The translations under genes and the position numbers were made by a program. DNA of 64,000 nt from an uncultured delta proteobacterium. Lineage in GTDB: Bacteria > Desulfobacterota > RBG-13-43-22. The DNA lies in the NCBI GenBank assembly GCA_963790475.1, contig CAWBOS010000006.1, forward strand, positions 640,001 through 704,000. The letters are read 5' to 3'. Of the stretch, positions 27,322-37,584 are shown in pieces (within the stretch, counting starts at the first letter, position 1; each line of letters opens with the position of its first letter). Under the pieces are notes generated by a model that saw only the letters and a list, made by a program, of their open reading frames with translations, was not told the origin of the DNA and searched no databases.

Positions 27322-28251
27322 TTATTGTTGGGGGACCAACCGGATCTCGAACAATTTCGGCCAATATTTTCCGGTGACTAAGATCCGGTCTTTCCGGGCA
27401 TCGTAGGCGATGCCGTTCAAAACGTCTTCTTTCCCAGTGCGATCTTTGGCCGGCAATAACCCCTGCAGATCGATCCAACCGGTAACCCGGCCGGTTTCGG
27501 GTGAAATTCTGACAATTTTATCGGTCAGATATACATTGGCAAAAATCTCCCCCTTAATATATTCCAATTCATTGAGCATGGTGATAGGAAACCCGCGGTC
27601 CCGGACTTCAATCCGCTTGACTTCTTTGAAGGTGTGGGGATCCCAAAAATACAAAAACGACGTCCCATCACTCATAATCAATTGTTTTCCGTCCTGGGTG
27701 ATACCCCAGCCTTCCAAAAAATATCTGAATTTTTTTAGCAATCGAAACGTCTTCCGGTCATAGACCAGACCGATTCCCGACCTCCAGGTCAGTTGGATGA
27801 TCTTGTCTTCCCAGAGAGTGATCCCTTCCCCGAAAAGCTGATCAGGTAATGGCACCAGTTTAAGAATACGTCCGGTCTCCGGATCCACTTTACGCAATGA
27901 TGATTTTCCCAGGAGGCCCGTTCCTTCATATAGGACCACGTTGTGAAACACCAGACCCTGGGTGAAGGCCTCGGGGTCATGAGGAAAGACTTTGATCACC
28001 TTGTAGCCAAAGACCGGCACAGTTGTTTTTAAACTATCGGTCTGTTGCCCAAGGACAAAGGGGGAAATCAACAGGCTCCAACAGAGCGTCAATCCAAAAG
28101 CAACAATTCCACGGGAGAGCGACGATGTCCTCTTCTTGTCATTCCGGCGAAGGCCGGAATCCATCGCGCCTTTGGCGGGACCGGCTTTCGCCGGGGTGAC
28201 GGAGTGAGGACTTTTTACGATACTAACCAAAAGAAAAGCCTCAAGCGTCAT
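27322..28251 (-). CDS. Glutaminyl-peptide cyclotransferase (bacterial/plant type)
   Basis: PHDPEAFTQGL, FGEG, EGWG, MSDG, LNELE, VLNGIAYD, VTGKYWP. ATG 28251 overlaps the ade stop (ATGA). Confidence 0.92.
   Translation of the reverse strand: MTLEAFLLVSIVKSPHSVTPAKAGPAKGAMDSGLRRNDKKRTSSLSRGIVAFGLTLCWSLLISPFVLGQQTDSLKTTVPVFGYKVIKVFPHDPEAFTQGLVFHNVVLYEGTGLLGKSSLRKVDPETGRILKLVPLPDQLFGEGITLWEDKIIQLTWRSGIGLVYDRKTFRLLKKFRYFLEGWGITQDGKQLIMSDGTSFLYFWDPHTFKEVKRIEVRDRGFPITMLNELEYIKGEIFANVYLTDKIVRISPETGRVTGWIDLQGLLPAKDRTGKEDVLNGIAYDARKDRILVTGKYWPKLFEIRLVPQQ
28138..28202. repeat. REP/RPE-like palindromic element inside the 5' end of the glutaminyl cyclase ORF
   Basis: GTCATTCCGGCGAAGGCCGGAATCC...GACCGGCTTTCGCCGGGGTGAC double hairpin. 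Confidence 0.85.
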
Positions 28252-30053
28252 CTCTTCCGCCTCACGCCTTGTCCCCATCCATTATAGAGAATTTTTCCTG
28301 TTTTGACCTCGTAGACCCCTGAAAAAGTAATCCTTAATTCTATCAAGGAAGTAAATGAGAGAAAACCAAGGGTCCACAAGGGATCTTCAAGGGGGCACCC
28401 CAGTCTTTTTAAGTGGTTGCCGACCCGCTCCAATTCCCCGGCCAATCGCGGGACCTTTAAAGCGGACATAATCCCGCCGATCGGCAAAGAAAGCCGGGTT
28501 GATATTTTTCCTTTTTTGACAATGACGATCCCGCCCTTCATTTTGATGACCTGGTTAACCGCCAGGGCCATATCCTGATCATTAAAACCCAAGACCATCA
28601 GGCTGTGGGTCTCGTGGGCAATGCTGGAGGCTATGGCTCCGATCCGGGCCCCGAACCCGGAAACCAAACCCATCCCGGCCCGGCCGCCCTGACGCGGAAT
28701 GAGGGCGATCTTGGCCAGATCTTCTTCAAGATCAGACTGAACGAGCCCGCTGGAATTCTGGACCAGCCGGTCCACCCGGCGAGTCAGCGTTTTGTCCCTG
28801 ATGGTCAGGATGGGGATGGGCTTTTGGTCCGGGACTTGAAACTGAAAAAATTCAGGCCGGAGTGGGGAGAGAGAAAAAGGATGATCATAGGTTCCGGGGG
28901 GAAAAGAAGGCCGGGCAGGGAAAATCCGCCGCCCTTCCCGTACGATCCATTTCCCTCGGGACAAAACAGAACCCGGAGTGGGCTCCGACAAATCCGATAA
29001 AAATAATATATCCGCCCTTCGCCCGGGGGCCAGGGCCCCCTGTTCCTGATCCAGTTTGAAATATCGCGCCGGATTGATAGTGACCATCTGAAAAGCCCGA
29101 ATTGGATCTATTCCCAATTGAATAACCTGTTTGAGTAAATAATCCAGATATCCGAATCGGGCCATTTCTCCAGGGAAGAGCCCGTCGGGCGTCAGCATGA
29201 TACGGGAGGTATCATATTCCGAAAGTTCCCGAACAGCCTTCATCAACTGGGGGAGATCGTTTCTGATGGATCCCCCGCGGCACATGACCGATAGACCTAA
29301 ACGAAGACGTTGTTTAACATCTTCAGCGGTGATAGCCTCATGGCAGGAGGTAAGCCCGGCGTTGATCAGGGCGTTAAGTTTGTCATGACTGACCCCGGTA
29401 GTATGACCCTCCACGGTTTTCCCTAATTTTTTAGCCTGGATCAGAATCTTAAGCAAGCGAGGTTCCCTGTTGAGGATTCGGACAAAGGCGGTCATTTCGC
29501 TCAATCCCAGGGCCTCCGGCTTCTTCAGGAGATGAAGAATTTCCTCAACGGAAAATACCTCTTGGCCTTCAAACCGGGGGAATGGGGGGGAGGATGAAGG
29601 GACGCCGAGATAATAAGTAATCGGGTACCCGGGAGCATCTTTCAAAACCTGCCTAATCCCGGAAAAGCCCAGGGCATTGGCCAGGTCGTGCATATCTGAA
29701 AAAATTGAGGTCGTCCCGGTTTGGACCACCTGGTCGGAAAAGGCTGCCGGATTATAGAACAAGTCGGTGTGGGCATGGGGATCCATATAACCGGGAACCA
29801 GGATTTTCCCTTGGGCTTCCCAGACCCGGGTCATTTTCCCGATCATCTTTTCCGAGGGGCCGACATAGGCAATCCGGTCCTCGTAAACCGCAATATTTTC
29901 TTTCAGGAGTTCCCCGCTATAAACATTGAGTATCCGGCCGCCTTTGATATATTGACCCGCCGATTTTTCCCCAAGGGAGATTTCAATCAGGGACTTGCGG
30001 ATATTGAAGGCCCTTTCTATCGGGGTTTGCTCTTTGCTGAGTCTTCCTGCCAA
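28248..30053 (-). CDS. ade: Adenine deaminase family amidohydrolase
   Basis: VPGYMDPHAH, HDLAN, EGH, SCHE, GAIASSIAHETH, LPIGGIMS. Confidence 0.85.
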   Translation of the reverse strand: MAGRLSKEQTPIERAFNIRKSLIEISLGEKSAGQYIKGGRILNVYSGELLKENIAVYEDRIAYVGPSEKMIGKMTRVWEAQGKILVPGYMDPHAHTDLFYNPAAFSDQVVQTGTTSIFSDMHDLANALGFSGIRQVLKDAPGYPITYYLGVPSSSPPFPRFEGQEVFSVEEILHLLKKPEALGLSEMTAFVRILNREPRLLKILIQAKKLGKTVEGHTTGVSHDKLNALINAGLTSCHEAITAEDVKQRLRLGLSVMCRGGSIRNDLPQLMKAVRELSEYDTSRIMLTPDGLFPGEMARFGYLDYLLKQVIQLGIDPIRAFQMVTINPARYFKLDQEQGALAPGRRADILFLSDLSEPTPGSVLSRGKWIVREGRRIFPARPSFPPGTYDHPFSLSPLRPEFFQFQVPDQKPIPILTIRDKTLTRRVDRLVQNSSGLVQSDLEEDLAKIALIPRQGGRAGMGLVSGFGARIGAIASSIAHETHSLMVLGFNDQDMALAVNQVIKMKGGIVIVKKGKISTRLSLPIGGIMSALKVPRLAGELERVGNHLKRLGCPLEDPLWTLGFLSFTSLIELRITFSGVYEVKTGKILYNGWGQGVRRKR

Positions 30054-30243
30054 ACTATTCCCTCCTGGTTAGATTCTTAACCCTTCAAATTATCAACCCG
30101 CTTTACCCTAACAAAAATAAGACCAAATGTCATCTTTTGGGATTTATTCTAAAAATATGCAGTTTTTCTAAAAAAATGGTATAAGAGATTGATTTATTAA
30201 AAAAGATGATAATACTTATCACTATTAAAAAAAAGGAGGTCTT

Positions 30244-30738
30244 ATGAGCAAAACCGAACAGAACTTAAAGGAAGCCTTTGCCGGGGAATCCCAAGCCAAC
30301 CGCAAATATTTGGCCTTTGCCAAACAAGCCGATCAGGAGGGGTACCCCCAGGCGGCTAAATTGTTCCGGGCCGCGGCCGAAGCCGAAACGGTCCATGCCC
30401 ATGCCCATTTGCGTGTCCTGGGCGGAATAAAAAAGACCGTAGAAAACTTGAAGGAAGCCATCTCTGGTGAGACCCATGAATATACAAAGATGTATCCGGG
30501 AATGATTAAGACCGCCAAGGAGGAAGGGAATAAGGCGGCTGAAATGAGTTTTGCTAATGCCAATGCCGTGGAAGAGGTCCATGCCAATCTTTATCAGAAG
30601 GCCCTCGACAGCCTGGGAAATTCGAAGGCAGTCGATTATTATGTCTGCTCGGTCTGTGGTAATACCGTTGAAAATGAACCGCCGGAAACCTGCCCGATTT
30701 GCGGTTCCAAGGCCAAGGCCTTTTTCAAAGTCGATTAA
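30244..30738 (+). CDS. rbr: Rubrerythrin
   Basis: AFAGESQANRKY, ETVHA, EEVH, C-terminal CSVCG...CPICG; AAGGAGG RBS. Confidence 0.95.
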   Translation: MSKTEQNLKEAFAGESQANRKYLAFAKQADQEGYPQAAKLFRAAAEAETVHAHAHLRVLGGIKKTVENLKEAISGETHEYTKMYPGMIKTAKEEGNKAAEMSFANANAVEEVHANLYQKALDSLGNSKAVDYYVCSVCGNTVENEPPETCPICGSKAKAFFKVD

Positions 30739-30782
30739 TCAATTTCAAGTAAGCAGGGCGAAGGAAAACCTTTTTAGAACTT

Positions 30783-31880
30783 ATGCGGCTACAACTGATC
30801 ATCTTCGTTTCCATCGCCCTGCTGGTTTATTTTGGACTCCATTCTCTTCTTTTCTTCCTACTATCCAAATTTTTCAGCCCGAAAACCAGGTCGGCCCAAT
30901 TCGGATTGGCCCTCGTTCTCCTTATTCTGGCCTTAAGTTTCATTACGGCCTTTATCTGGACCCAATTCAGCACCAATAAGTTTTTGCAGGAGTTCTACTA
31001 TGCCTCGGCCATCTGGCTCGGAACCTGGGCCAATCTATTGCTCATCTTCGGTGCCGGGTTTTTGGTCATTGTCGTCTTGGAGTGGTTTTTCCCGGGGATT
31101 GAACGGAAAACCTTTGGTCTCTTCTTGCTGGGTTTTGCAGTACTGTACACCTCCTACGGTCTTTATCATGCCGGTCAGTTGAAAACAAAATTTCTTTCCG
31201 TCCCCATTAAAAACGTCCCTAAGGAATGGCAAGGCAAAAAGCTCGCCCAGGTATCGGATGTCCATCTGGGTCTCATGAACGGAGAGGATTTATCCCGGAG
31301 GATTGCGGCCATAATAAACGAACAAAAAGTCGACTTTGTCTTTATCACCGGAGATCTCTTCGACGGGATCGGTGACGACCTCTCCCAATCCATCAAACCC
31401 TTTGACCGGATAGAGGCGCCGATCTATTATATCACCGGCAATCACGAAACCTATCTGGGAATCGATAAAGCCCTGTCGGCCATTGAAAAAACAAAAATAA
31501 AAATTTTGCGTGATGAAATCGTCGATCTTGGCGGGGTCCAGTTGATCGGCATCGATTACCCTCCAAGGGGTTGGAAGAAAGATATCCGGCCGGTCTTGGA
31601 AAGAATGGATCGCGCCAAACCGGCTATCCTCCTCTATCATGAACCGGCTCAGATTGAAACGGCCCAAAGATTCAAAGTCTCTTTACAGCTTTCCGGCCAC
31701 ACCCATAACGGACAGATGTGGCCCATGAAAATCTTCACCTCTCTGCTCTATAAAGGATTTGACTACGGCCGGCATCAAATGGGCGATTATGTGATTTACA
31801 CCACCAGCGGGGCCGGTACCTGGGGCCCGCCCATGCGGATCGGCAGCACGGCCGAGATTGCCATCATCACCATTCAATGA
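30783..31880 (+). CDS. Membrane-anchored metallophosphoesterase (YkuE/YaeI-like)
   Basis: SDVHLG, TGDLFD, GNHE, LSGHTHNGQ, GTWGPPMRIG. Confidence 0.93.
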   Translation: MRLQLIIFVSIALLVYFGLHSLLFFLLSKFFSPKTRSAQFGLALVLLILALSFITAFIWTQFSTNKFLQEFYYASAIWLGTWANLLLIFGAGFLVIVVLEWFFPGIERKTFGLFLLGFAVLYTSYGLYHAGQLKTKFLSVPIKNVPKEWQGKKLAQVSDVHLGLMNGEDLSRRIAAIINEQKVDFVFITGDLFDGIGDDLSQSIKPFDRIEAPIYYITGNHETYLGIDKALSAIEKTKIKILRDEIVDLGGVQLIGIDYPPRGWKKDIRPVLERMDRAKPAILLYHEPAQIETAQRFKVSLQLSGHTHNGQMWPMKIFTSLLYKGFDYGRHQMGDYVIYTTSGAGTWGPPMRIGSTAEIAIITIQ

Positions 31881-32001
31881 CCGCAAATGGCCTGGACCCA
31901 GGCCTCAATGAATCTGGCCATCAATAACCATGAAGATTTCCCCGCCATATTTCCTTTTCCGGATGCCCTGAGCCCTTGAGGGGGCAAGGGCTAAAAAAAT
32001 A

Positions 32002-32046
32002 TTGACAAGGCTCATCCCAATTCGTTATTGTATTTATATCGAATAC
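32002..32046 (+). promoter_or_regulatory. TA operon promoter with palindromic operator
   Basis: TTGACA (32002), 18 nt spacer, TATTGT; GTATT-N7-AATAC palindrome (32030-32046) overlaps the -10. Confidence 0.55.
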
Positions 32047-32068
32047 CATTAAATACGGAGGAATATAG

Positions 32069-32299
32069 ATGAGAGTATTAACCGTGAGGTTGCCTGAAGT
32101 TGTAGAAAAAAAGGTGCGGTTAAAGGCCAAACTGGAACACAGATCGGTGTCAGAACAAATCAATAAATACATTCATGACGCCATTATTTGTGAGGAAAAT
32201 TCCGATTTGCCTTATTCCTTTATCAAGGAAACCCTTCAGGCCAAAGCGGAAATTGAGGCGGGACTGGGGAGTGAATATCCATTCGGGATATTAAAATGA
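32069..32299 (+). CDS. ParD-like RHH antitoxin
   Basis: VRLPE..KA..EHRSV..QI, EENSDLPYSFIKE; ATGA overlap with the toxin. Confidence 0.85.
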   Translation: MRVLTVRLPEVVEKKVRLKAKLEHRSVSEQINKYIHDAIICEENSDLPYSFIKETLQAKAEIEAGLGSEYPFGILK

Positions 32300-32574
32300 T
32301 CAATGTTATTGCTTCCAATCAAGTTCTAAAATTTAAAAAGAAGGCTTCTTCCAAGTTTCAGTTGGAAATAGATAAACAGGTAAAGACCATCATGGAAAAT
32401 CCCGAGATAGGCCGATTAAAAAAAGGGGATTTGAAAGGAATACGAGTACTAAAATTCGAATATAATCGGCAAGGCTATCTTTTATCCTATGAAATAAAGG
32501 GGAATATTTTAGATTTATATCTGATCGGCAGCCATGAAAACTTTTATTCAAAATTAAAAAAGTATTTGCGTTAA
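32296..32574 (+). CDS. RelE/ParE family toxin
   Basis: NPEIG..KKGDL.GIRV.KF, IGSHENFY. Confidence 0.88.
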   Translation: MINVIASNQVLKFKKKASSKFQLEIDKQVKTIMENPEIGRLKKGDLKGIRVLKFEYNRQGYLLSYEIKGNILDLYLIGSHENFYSKLKKYLR

Positions 32575-32614
32575 AATCAGGTAAGCTCCGATTATGAGTT
32601 AATTTAAATTTCCA

Positions 32615-33515
32615 GTGGCCTTAGCCTCTCTTGAACATTCTACTGGTGCCTTTTTGATCGGGATACTGATATCCACGAAACTAATCAGTTTCCGGAGCCT
32701 GGTGGTTATTACTTTTTTCGGAGGGATTGTCAATGCCATTGACTCCCCGACCCGAATGGCCTTTATCGTCGAATTGACAGACCTGAGGTCTTTAGGAAAT
32801 GCGATCGCCTTGAATTCTCTCGGATTTAATATCGCCCGGGTGATAGGACCGGCCGTGGGCGGGTATCTGGTCGGAGCGATCGGAACAGACATGTGTTTTT
32901 ATCTGAATGCGGTTGCTTTTATTCCTGCTATTCTCGGGACCTATCTTCTCAAGGGTGACTTTTCCGCAAAAGTTACCAGGGGGAATTCCGTCAAAGAGGC
33001 CTTATTTGACGGAGCCCGATATGTCCGAGCCAATAAAAAAGTTTTTTATTCCCTTTTGCTGGTGGCCACCTCTTCCACCTTCGTCATGCCCTTCGCGGTA
33101 TTAATGTAATCCCCGTATATGCCAGAGATATCCTGAAAGCGGGGCCTCAGGGATTGGGGACTTTATTCTGTTGGCCGGTTCGTTATTGTTTTTCGGCTTC
33201 TCTACCAATTTCGCCTGGTCCTGCCTGTTTCTGGCCATGTTGGGTCTGGGTATCGTTGTGCAGGTGGCCTCAATAAACACCTATATTCAAAGCGTGGTGC
33301 CCAATGAATTAAGAGGAAGGATCATGAGTTTTTATACCTTATGCTTCATGGGCTTCATGCCTATGGGGGCCTTTCAGGCCGGCCTTGTCGCCCATTTCAT
33401 CGGCGCCCCGTTATCCCTGACCTTGGGGCGGTCATCTTGCTGGTTCCGATTTTTGTCATGCTGTTTCGAAAGAAATAAGATTCATGTTGGACCCAACTTT
33501 ACCTTTAATAATTAA
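32615..33515 (+). pseudogene. Fragmented MFS transporter (DUF894/MFS_3 family)
   Basis: NAIALNS..FNIARVIGPA and LRGRIMS in separate ORFs; N-terminus missing, stop at 33107-33109, frameshifts. Confidence 0.85.
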
Positions 33516-33538
33516 CAGGATTGGAATAATTTATTTTC

Positions 33539-33696
33539 CACAGGTTGCTCAAAAAGATCCAGATACAAGGCGCCCGAAATCCTGAGGAATGAGGCGTAGG
33601 TGAAGTACGTCGCAATTAGCCTGCCCCGCTGAAAAACGGGGAGGGTGAGGGCAATCCCGCCAAGGCGGGTAGATGGGCATTTTTCAGCAACCTGTG
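33539..33696. mobile_element. 158-bp MITE-like element
   Basis: Terminal inverted repeats CACAGGTTGCTCAAAAA / TTTTTCAGCAACCTGTG (16/17), internal hairpins, no ORF. Confidence 0.75.
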
Positions 33697-33697
33697 A

Positions 33698-34537
33698 ATG
33701 ACGACTATGGTTGAAATCATCTTAATGGGCGGGATAGATGAATCCTTTCTCCGGGAGGTTCAAAAATGGGCGGGAACGGTTATTGGGAAAACCGGACCCG
33801 GCGTGGCCCCGGACCGTATTTCCGTTTACCTCTGGGAGAAAGAAAAAGATTTTCAGGAATTCGACCTTCGGGAAAAAACGGAGTTGGGGATTGTCACCGG
33901 TGATGAATCCAACTTTCTGGCCACCCACGAGGCCTGGAGGGGTTACCCCAGGATTCATATATCCCTGGAAAAGATCCGGGGTATTCCTGAAGAAATAATC
34001 CAGGGTGTAGTTCAACATGAGATCGGCCACGCCCTGCTGCACGGTAAGCCGGAATTTTATCGTTTCCTTTTTTCCGAACACCTTCAGGAAACCGCCAGGT
34101 CCAGGGGCCTGGAAATGCCCTTGCTCCAGCAGTTGGTTTATTTGCTTTCTGTGGCTCTGAAAGACGAAGAGGTGGTCAGGCTGTTAAATGGGTGGGGACT
34201 AGGGCTTTATCAAAATCGGTTACTGGAATATTTAACAGAAGATACCGGGGAGGAACAGCAGATTTGGGAACAGATTAAGGATCTACCGGCCCTGAGAAAA
34301 ATAGCCTGGGCTGTTTTTTTAAAAACCCTTCTGCCGATTGAAACTCTGGCCGCATCAAGCGATCCGCAGTCCAGTTCTTTGATAGACCGATGGGAGAAGG
34401 CCTATCCCTGGCTTACCAGCCGGGAAAGGAGCGACCTAAGGGCTTATGCCCGGTGGGTCATTGACCGGCCCTTCAGAAATTTCCAAGATCGATTGGAGCA
34501 AGCCGTTTTGGAAATGATCAGCCATCCTTCGCTGTGA
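33698..34537 (+). CDS. Hypothetical protein with HExxH zincin motif
   Basis: GVVQHEIGHALLH; 279 aa intact ORF. Confidence 0.75.
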   Translation: MTTMVEIILMGGIDESFLREVQKWAGTVIGKTGPGVAPDRISVYLWEKEKDFQEFDLREKTELGIVTGDESNFLATHEAWRGYPRIHISLEKIRGIPEEIIQGVVQHEIGHALLHGKPEFYRFLFSEHLQETARSRGLEMPLLQQLVYLLSVALKDEEVVRLLNGWGLGLYQNRLLEYLTEDTGEEQQIWEQIKDLPALRKIAWAVFLKTLLPIETLAASSDPQSSSLIDRWEKAYPWLTSRERSDLRAYARWVIDRPFRNFQDRLEQAVLEMISHPSL

Positions 34538-34643
34538 TTCTATATAAAATGTCATTGCTGTCCAAAATGGGTTAAGCTTTTTGATCGTCGCTTTGATTTC
34601 ATCTAGCTTTTTGACTTGCTGAGGCCTTTTTCAAAACATGGTA

Positions 34644-34837
34644 CACCGCAGAGACACAGAGGTCACAGAGCAGAAACTTTTTTTATGAAGAAACGGGAGA
34701 TACCGTTTCTTCATATCCTGCCAGCCTGCGGCACCTTGAAAACCACACCATCGCGTAGCGACAGAATTCTTTGCTTTGTGGGTATCTCCCCACAAAGCAA
34801 AAATAGTCTTCTCTGTGTTCTCTGTGTCTCTGCGGTG
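34644..34837. repeat. Inverted 9-mer repeat arms (CACAGAG-type), no enclosed gene
   Basis: CACCGCAGAGACACAGAGGTCACAGAG ... CTCTGTGTTCTCTGTGTCTCTGCGGTG. Confidence 0.85.
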
Positions 34838-35043
34838 AAAATTATTTTTTGGATAAGATTGAAAAAATAGATGAAAAAAATGATCGATAAACAACAGGAT
34901 CCCTACATCAACGAAATAAAAATAATCCGTAGTCCCAAAAGGAAAAGGACCATAAGTGCCCAGCTGACCAAGGGGGTATTATCGGTCAAGGCCCCGGCAG
35001 GCATTTCCGACCAGGATCTTGAAAAAACAATTTCCAGACTCAA

Positions 35044-36575
35044 CCTAAACGTTGCAAAAGAAATCGCCAAATTTTGAATTATGCTGCCATTTTAAAAGTA
35101 TCTAAGAATTTGAACAAACCATGTTTAACGACTTCATTACCACTCATAGTAAGAGTCAGGTTACCCTGGGGTGCTGTGAGTCTTCCTGCTCTTTGAATAT
35201 AACGATGGCGGATCCATTTTAATTCATGAAAATTCCAAAGCGGGGTTCTTTTCTCGGAGGTTCCTCGATCTCTATCCCGGGTAGCCATTTGTAATTCCCG
35301 GTTCAGGTTATGGGCAAAAATAGCCGCTATCATGTAACATTGGTTTCCTGAAAGTTTCTTAACCGCAATATAATCCAGTTGGCTTTGGGATTTCAATTCC
35401 CCAAAGACACTCTCCTGACTTCCTCGACCATTGTGAAAGACCAGGATCTTTTTAGCAGAAATCCTCTTGTTGGTTACGATGACCTTATACTCGTACCCAT
35501 ATTCTAAAGGGATAAAGAGATCCAATTGAATCGGGGCTTTTTGGATTTGCTTGCATCGTTGTCGTATAAAAACAAAACGGAACTTTACCGGCCATTTTTT
35601 CGGTTTCCAGGGGGTTTCAAAATACGACCAGCGATTATTTAAATGACGCCAACGCACTCGATTTTCAATCATCGATTTTAATTCGGCAAAGCGTTCAAAA
35701 GGAACGCTGAGGGTAAATTCGATGGATTCCTGGTCTAATAAGGCAACTATTTCCTGGCTGAAAAAAGCGCTATCCATCCGGACCTCAAGCGTAATACCCG
35801 GCAGTTCTTGTTTGAGCCAGCTAAGGCATTGATGGATAAACTCACTGGCCCCATTCGAATCATGGACATTGCCGGGGCGATGATAGAAATCAAATACTTG
35901 TCCGGTTTGGGCAATGGTACAAAAAAGGGGATAGTAACTTCGGGCTCCCTTCTTTTTCTTGTTAAATCCAACCGCCGTGCCTTCGGCTTTTCGGGATGTA
36001 GATAAAACTGATCCATCAAAGTCAACGGTTAATCGACTCAGACCAGTTTTTTGGAGACGTTCGATAACCATCTGGCGGTTCAGTTCTCGGATTTTTTGGA
36101 TGGCTTTTGGATCGGTACTTTTTAAGGCGCGACAAACCGTAGAGACATCCGGGAGGCGTTTCATTCCTAATAGTCTTTGAACCAAAGGATCATCTTTATA
36201 ATAGTCCATATCCCGGAGTCTTCGAAAGCCCAAAAGAATATGGATAATCAGCAGCATCATAATTACATGATGTCCTATAATTTCCGAGACGTGCAGGTGA
36301 CGAAAACACTGGCGCAGTCGTTCTTTCAAACCCAGTTTCTGAAACAAAGGATGAAAAATTATCAAACCTGAAAAGGATGTAAGTTTCTGATCTTCAAATC
36401 GGATCTGAGGAGTTTTATATGCTCGACTAAAAAAATGCCTTTTGCTATACTTCACCTTAGGTGGCCTCCAGTGACGGAAAATTGTGTGATGTGCTAATCT
36501 CACTTTAACCAATACTGGAGCCACCTTTCAAGCTCTTTATTACTTTTATTACACTTTTTTTATGCCACTATAGAG
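35044..36575 (-). mobile_element. IS1380-family insertion sequence (1532 bp)
   Basis: Imperfect ends CCTAAACGTTGCAAAA / TTATGCCACTATAGAG; TCAA duplication at 35040-35043 and 37585-37588. Confidence 0.9.
35079..36455 (-). CDS. IS1380-family DDE transposase
   Basis: VDFDGSV, YYPL, RPGNVHDS, VRMDSAFF, HNGRG.QE..FGELK; GTG start (MKYSKR) after GGAGG. Confidence 0.9.
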   Translation of the reverse strand: MKYSKRHFFSRAYKTPQIRFEDQKLTSFSGLIIFHPLFQKLGLKERLRQCFRHLHVSEIIGHHVIMMLLIIHILLGFRRLRDMDYYKDDPLVQRLLGMKRLPDVSTVCRALKSTDPKAIQKIRELNRQMVIERLQKTGLSRLTVDFDGSVLSTSRKAEGTAVGFNKKKKGARSYYPLFCTIAQTGQVFDFYHRPGNVHDSNGASEFIHQCLSWLKQELPGITLEVRMDSAFFSQEIVALLDQESIEFTLSVPFERFAELKSMIENRVRWRHLNNRWSYFETPWKPKKWPVKFRFVFIRQRCKQIQKAPIQLDLFIPLEYGYEYKVIVTNKRISAKKILVFHNGRGSQESVFGELKSQSQLDYIAVKKLSGNQCYMIAAIFAHNLNRELQMATRDRDRGTSEKRTPLWNFHELKWIRHRYIQRAGRLTAPQGNLTLTMSGNEVVKHGLFKFLDTFKMAA

Positions 36576-37584
36576 TAAAAACAAAACGGAACTTTACCGG
36601 CCATTTTTTCGGTTTCCAGGGGGTTTCAAAATACGACCAGCGATTATTTAAATGACGCCAACGCACTCGATTTTCAATCATCGATTTTAATTCGGCAAAG
36701 CGTTCAAAAGGAACGCTGAGGGTAAATTCGATGGATTCCTGGTCTAATAAGGCAACTATTTCCTGGCTGAAAAAAGCGCTATCCATCCGGACCTCAAGCG
36801 TAATACCCGGCAGTTCTTGTTTGAGCCAGCTAAGGCATTGATGGATAAACTCACTGGCCCCATTCGAATCATGGACATTGCCGGGGCGATGATAGAAATC
36901 AAATACTTGTCCGGTTTGGGCAATGGTACAAAAAAGGGGATAGTAACTTCGGGCTCCCTTCTTTTTCTTGTTAAATCCAACCGCCGTGCCTTCGGCTTTT
37001 CGGGATGTAGATAAAACTGATCCATCAAAGTCAACGGTTAATCGACTCAGACCAGTTTTTTGGAGACGTTCGATAACCATCTGGCGGTTCAGTTCTCGGA
37101 TTTTTTGGATGGCTTTTGGATCGGTACTTTTTAAGGCGCGACAAACCGTAGAGACATCCGGGAGGCGTTTCATTCCTAATAGTCTTTGAACCAAAGGATC
37201 ATCTTTATAATAGTCCATATCCCGGAGTCTTCGAAAGCCCAAAAGAATATGGATAATCAGCAGCATCATAATTACATGATGTCCTATAATTTCCGAGACG
37301 TGCAGGTGACGAAAACACTGGCGCAGTCGTTCTTTCAAACCCAGTTTCTGAAACAAAGGATGAAAAATTATCAAACCTGAAAAGGATGTAAGTTTCTGAT
37401 CTTCAAATCGGATCTGAGGAGTTTTATATGCTCGACTAAAAAAATGCCTTTTGCTATACTTCACCTTAGGTGGCCTCCAGTGACGGAAAATTGTGTGATG
37501 TGCTAATCTCACTTTAACCAATACTGGAGCCACCTTTCAAGCTCTTTATTACTTTTATTACACTTTTTTTATGCCACTATAGAG
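36576..37584 (-). mobile_element. Tandem 1009-bp partial duplicate of the IS1380 (truncated transposase)
   Basis: Appears identical to 35567-36575 (offset 1009); the ORF ends at FRFVFTL at the junction. Confidence 0.92.

Noticed and set aside
34616-34894. ORFs 34616-34870 and 34631-34894
   Set aside because: Translations of the inverted-repeat element (HRGHR / TENTE patterns), not credible genes.
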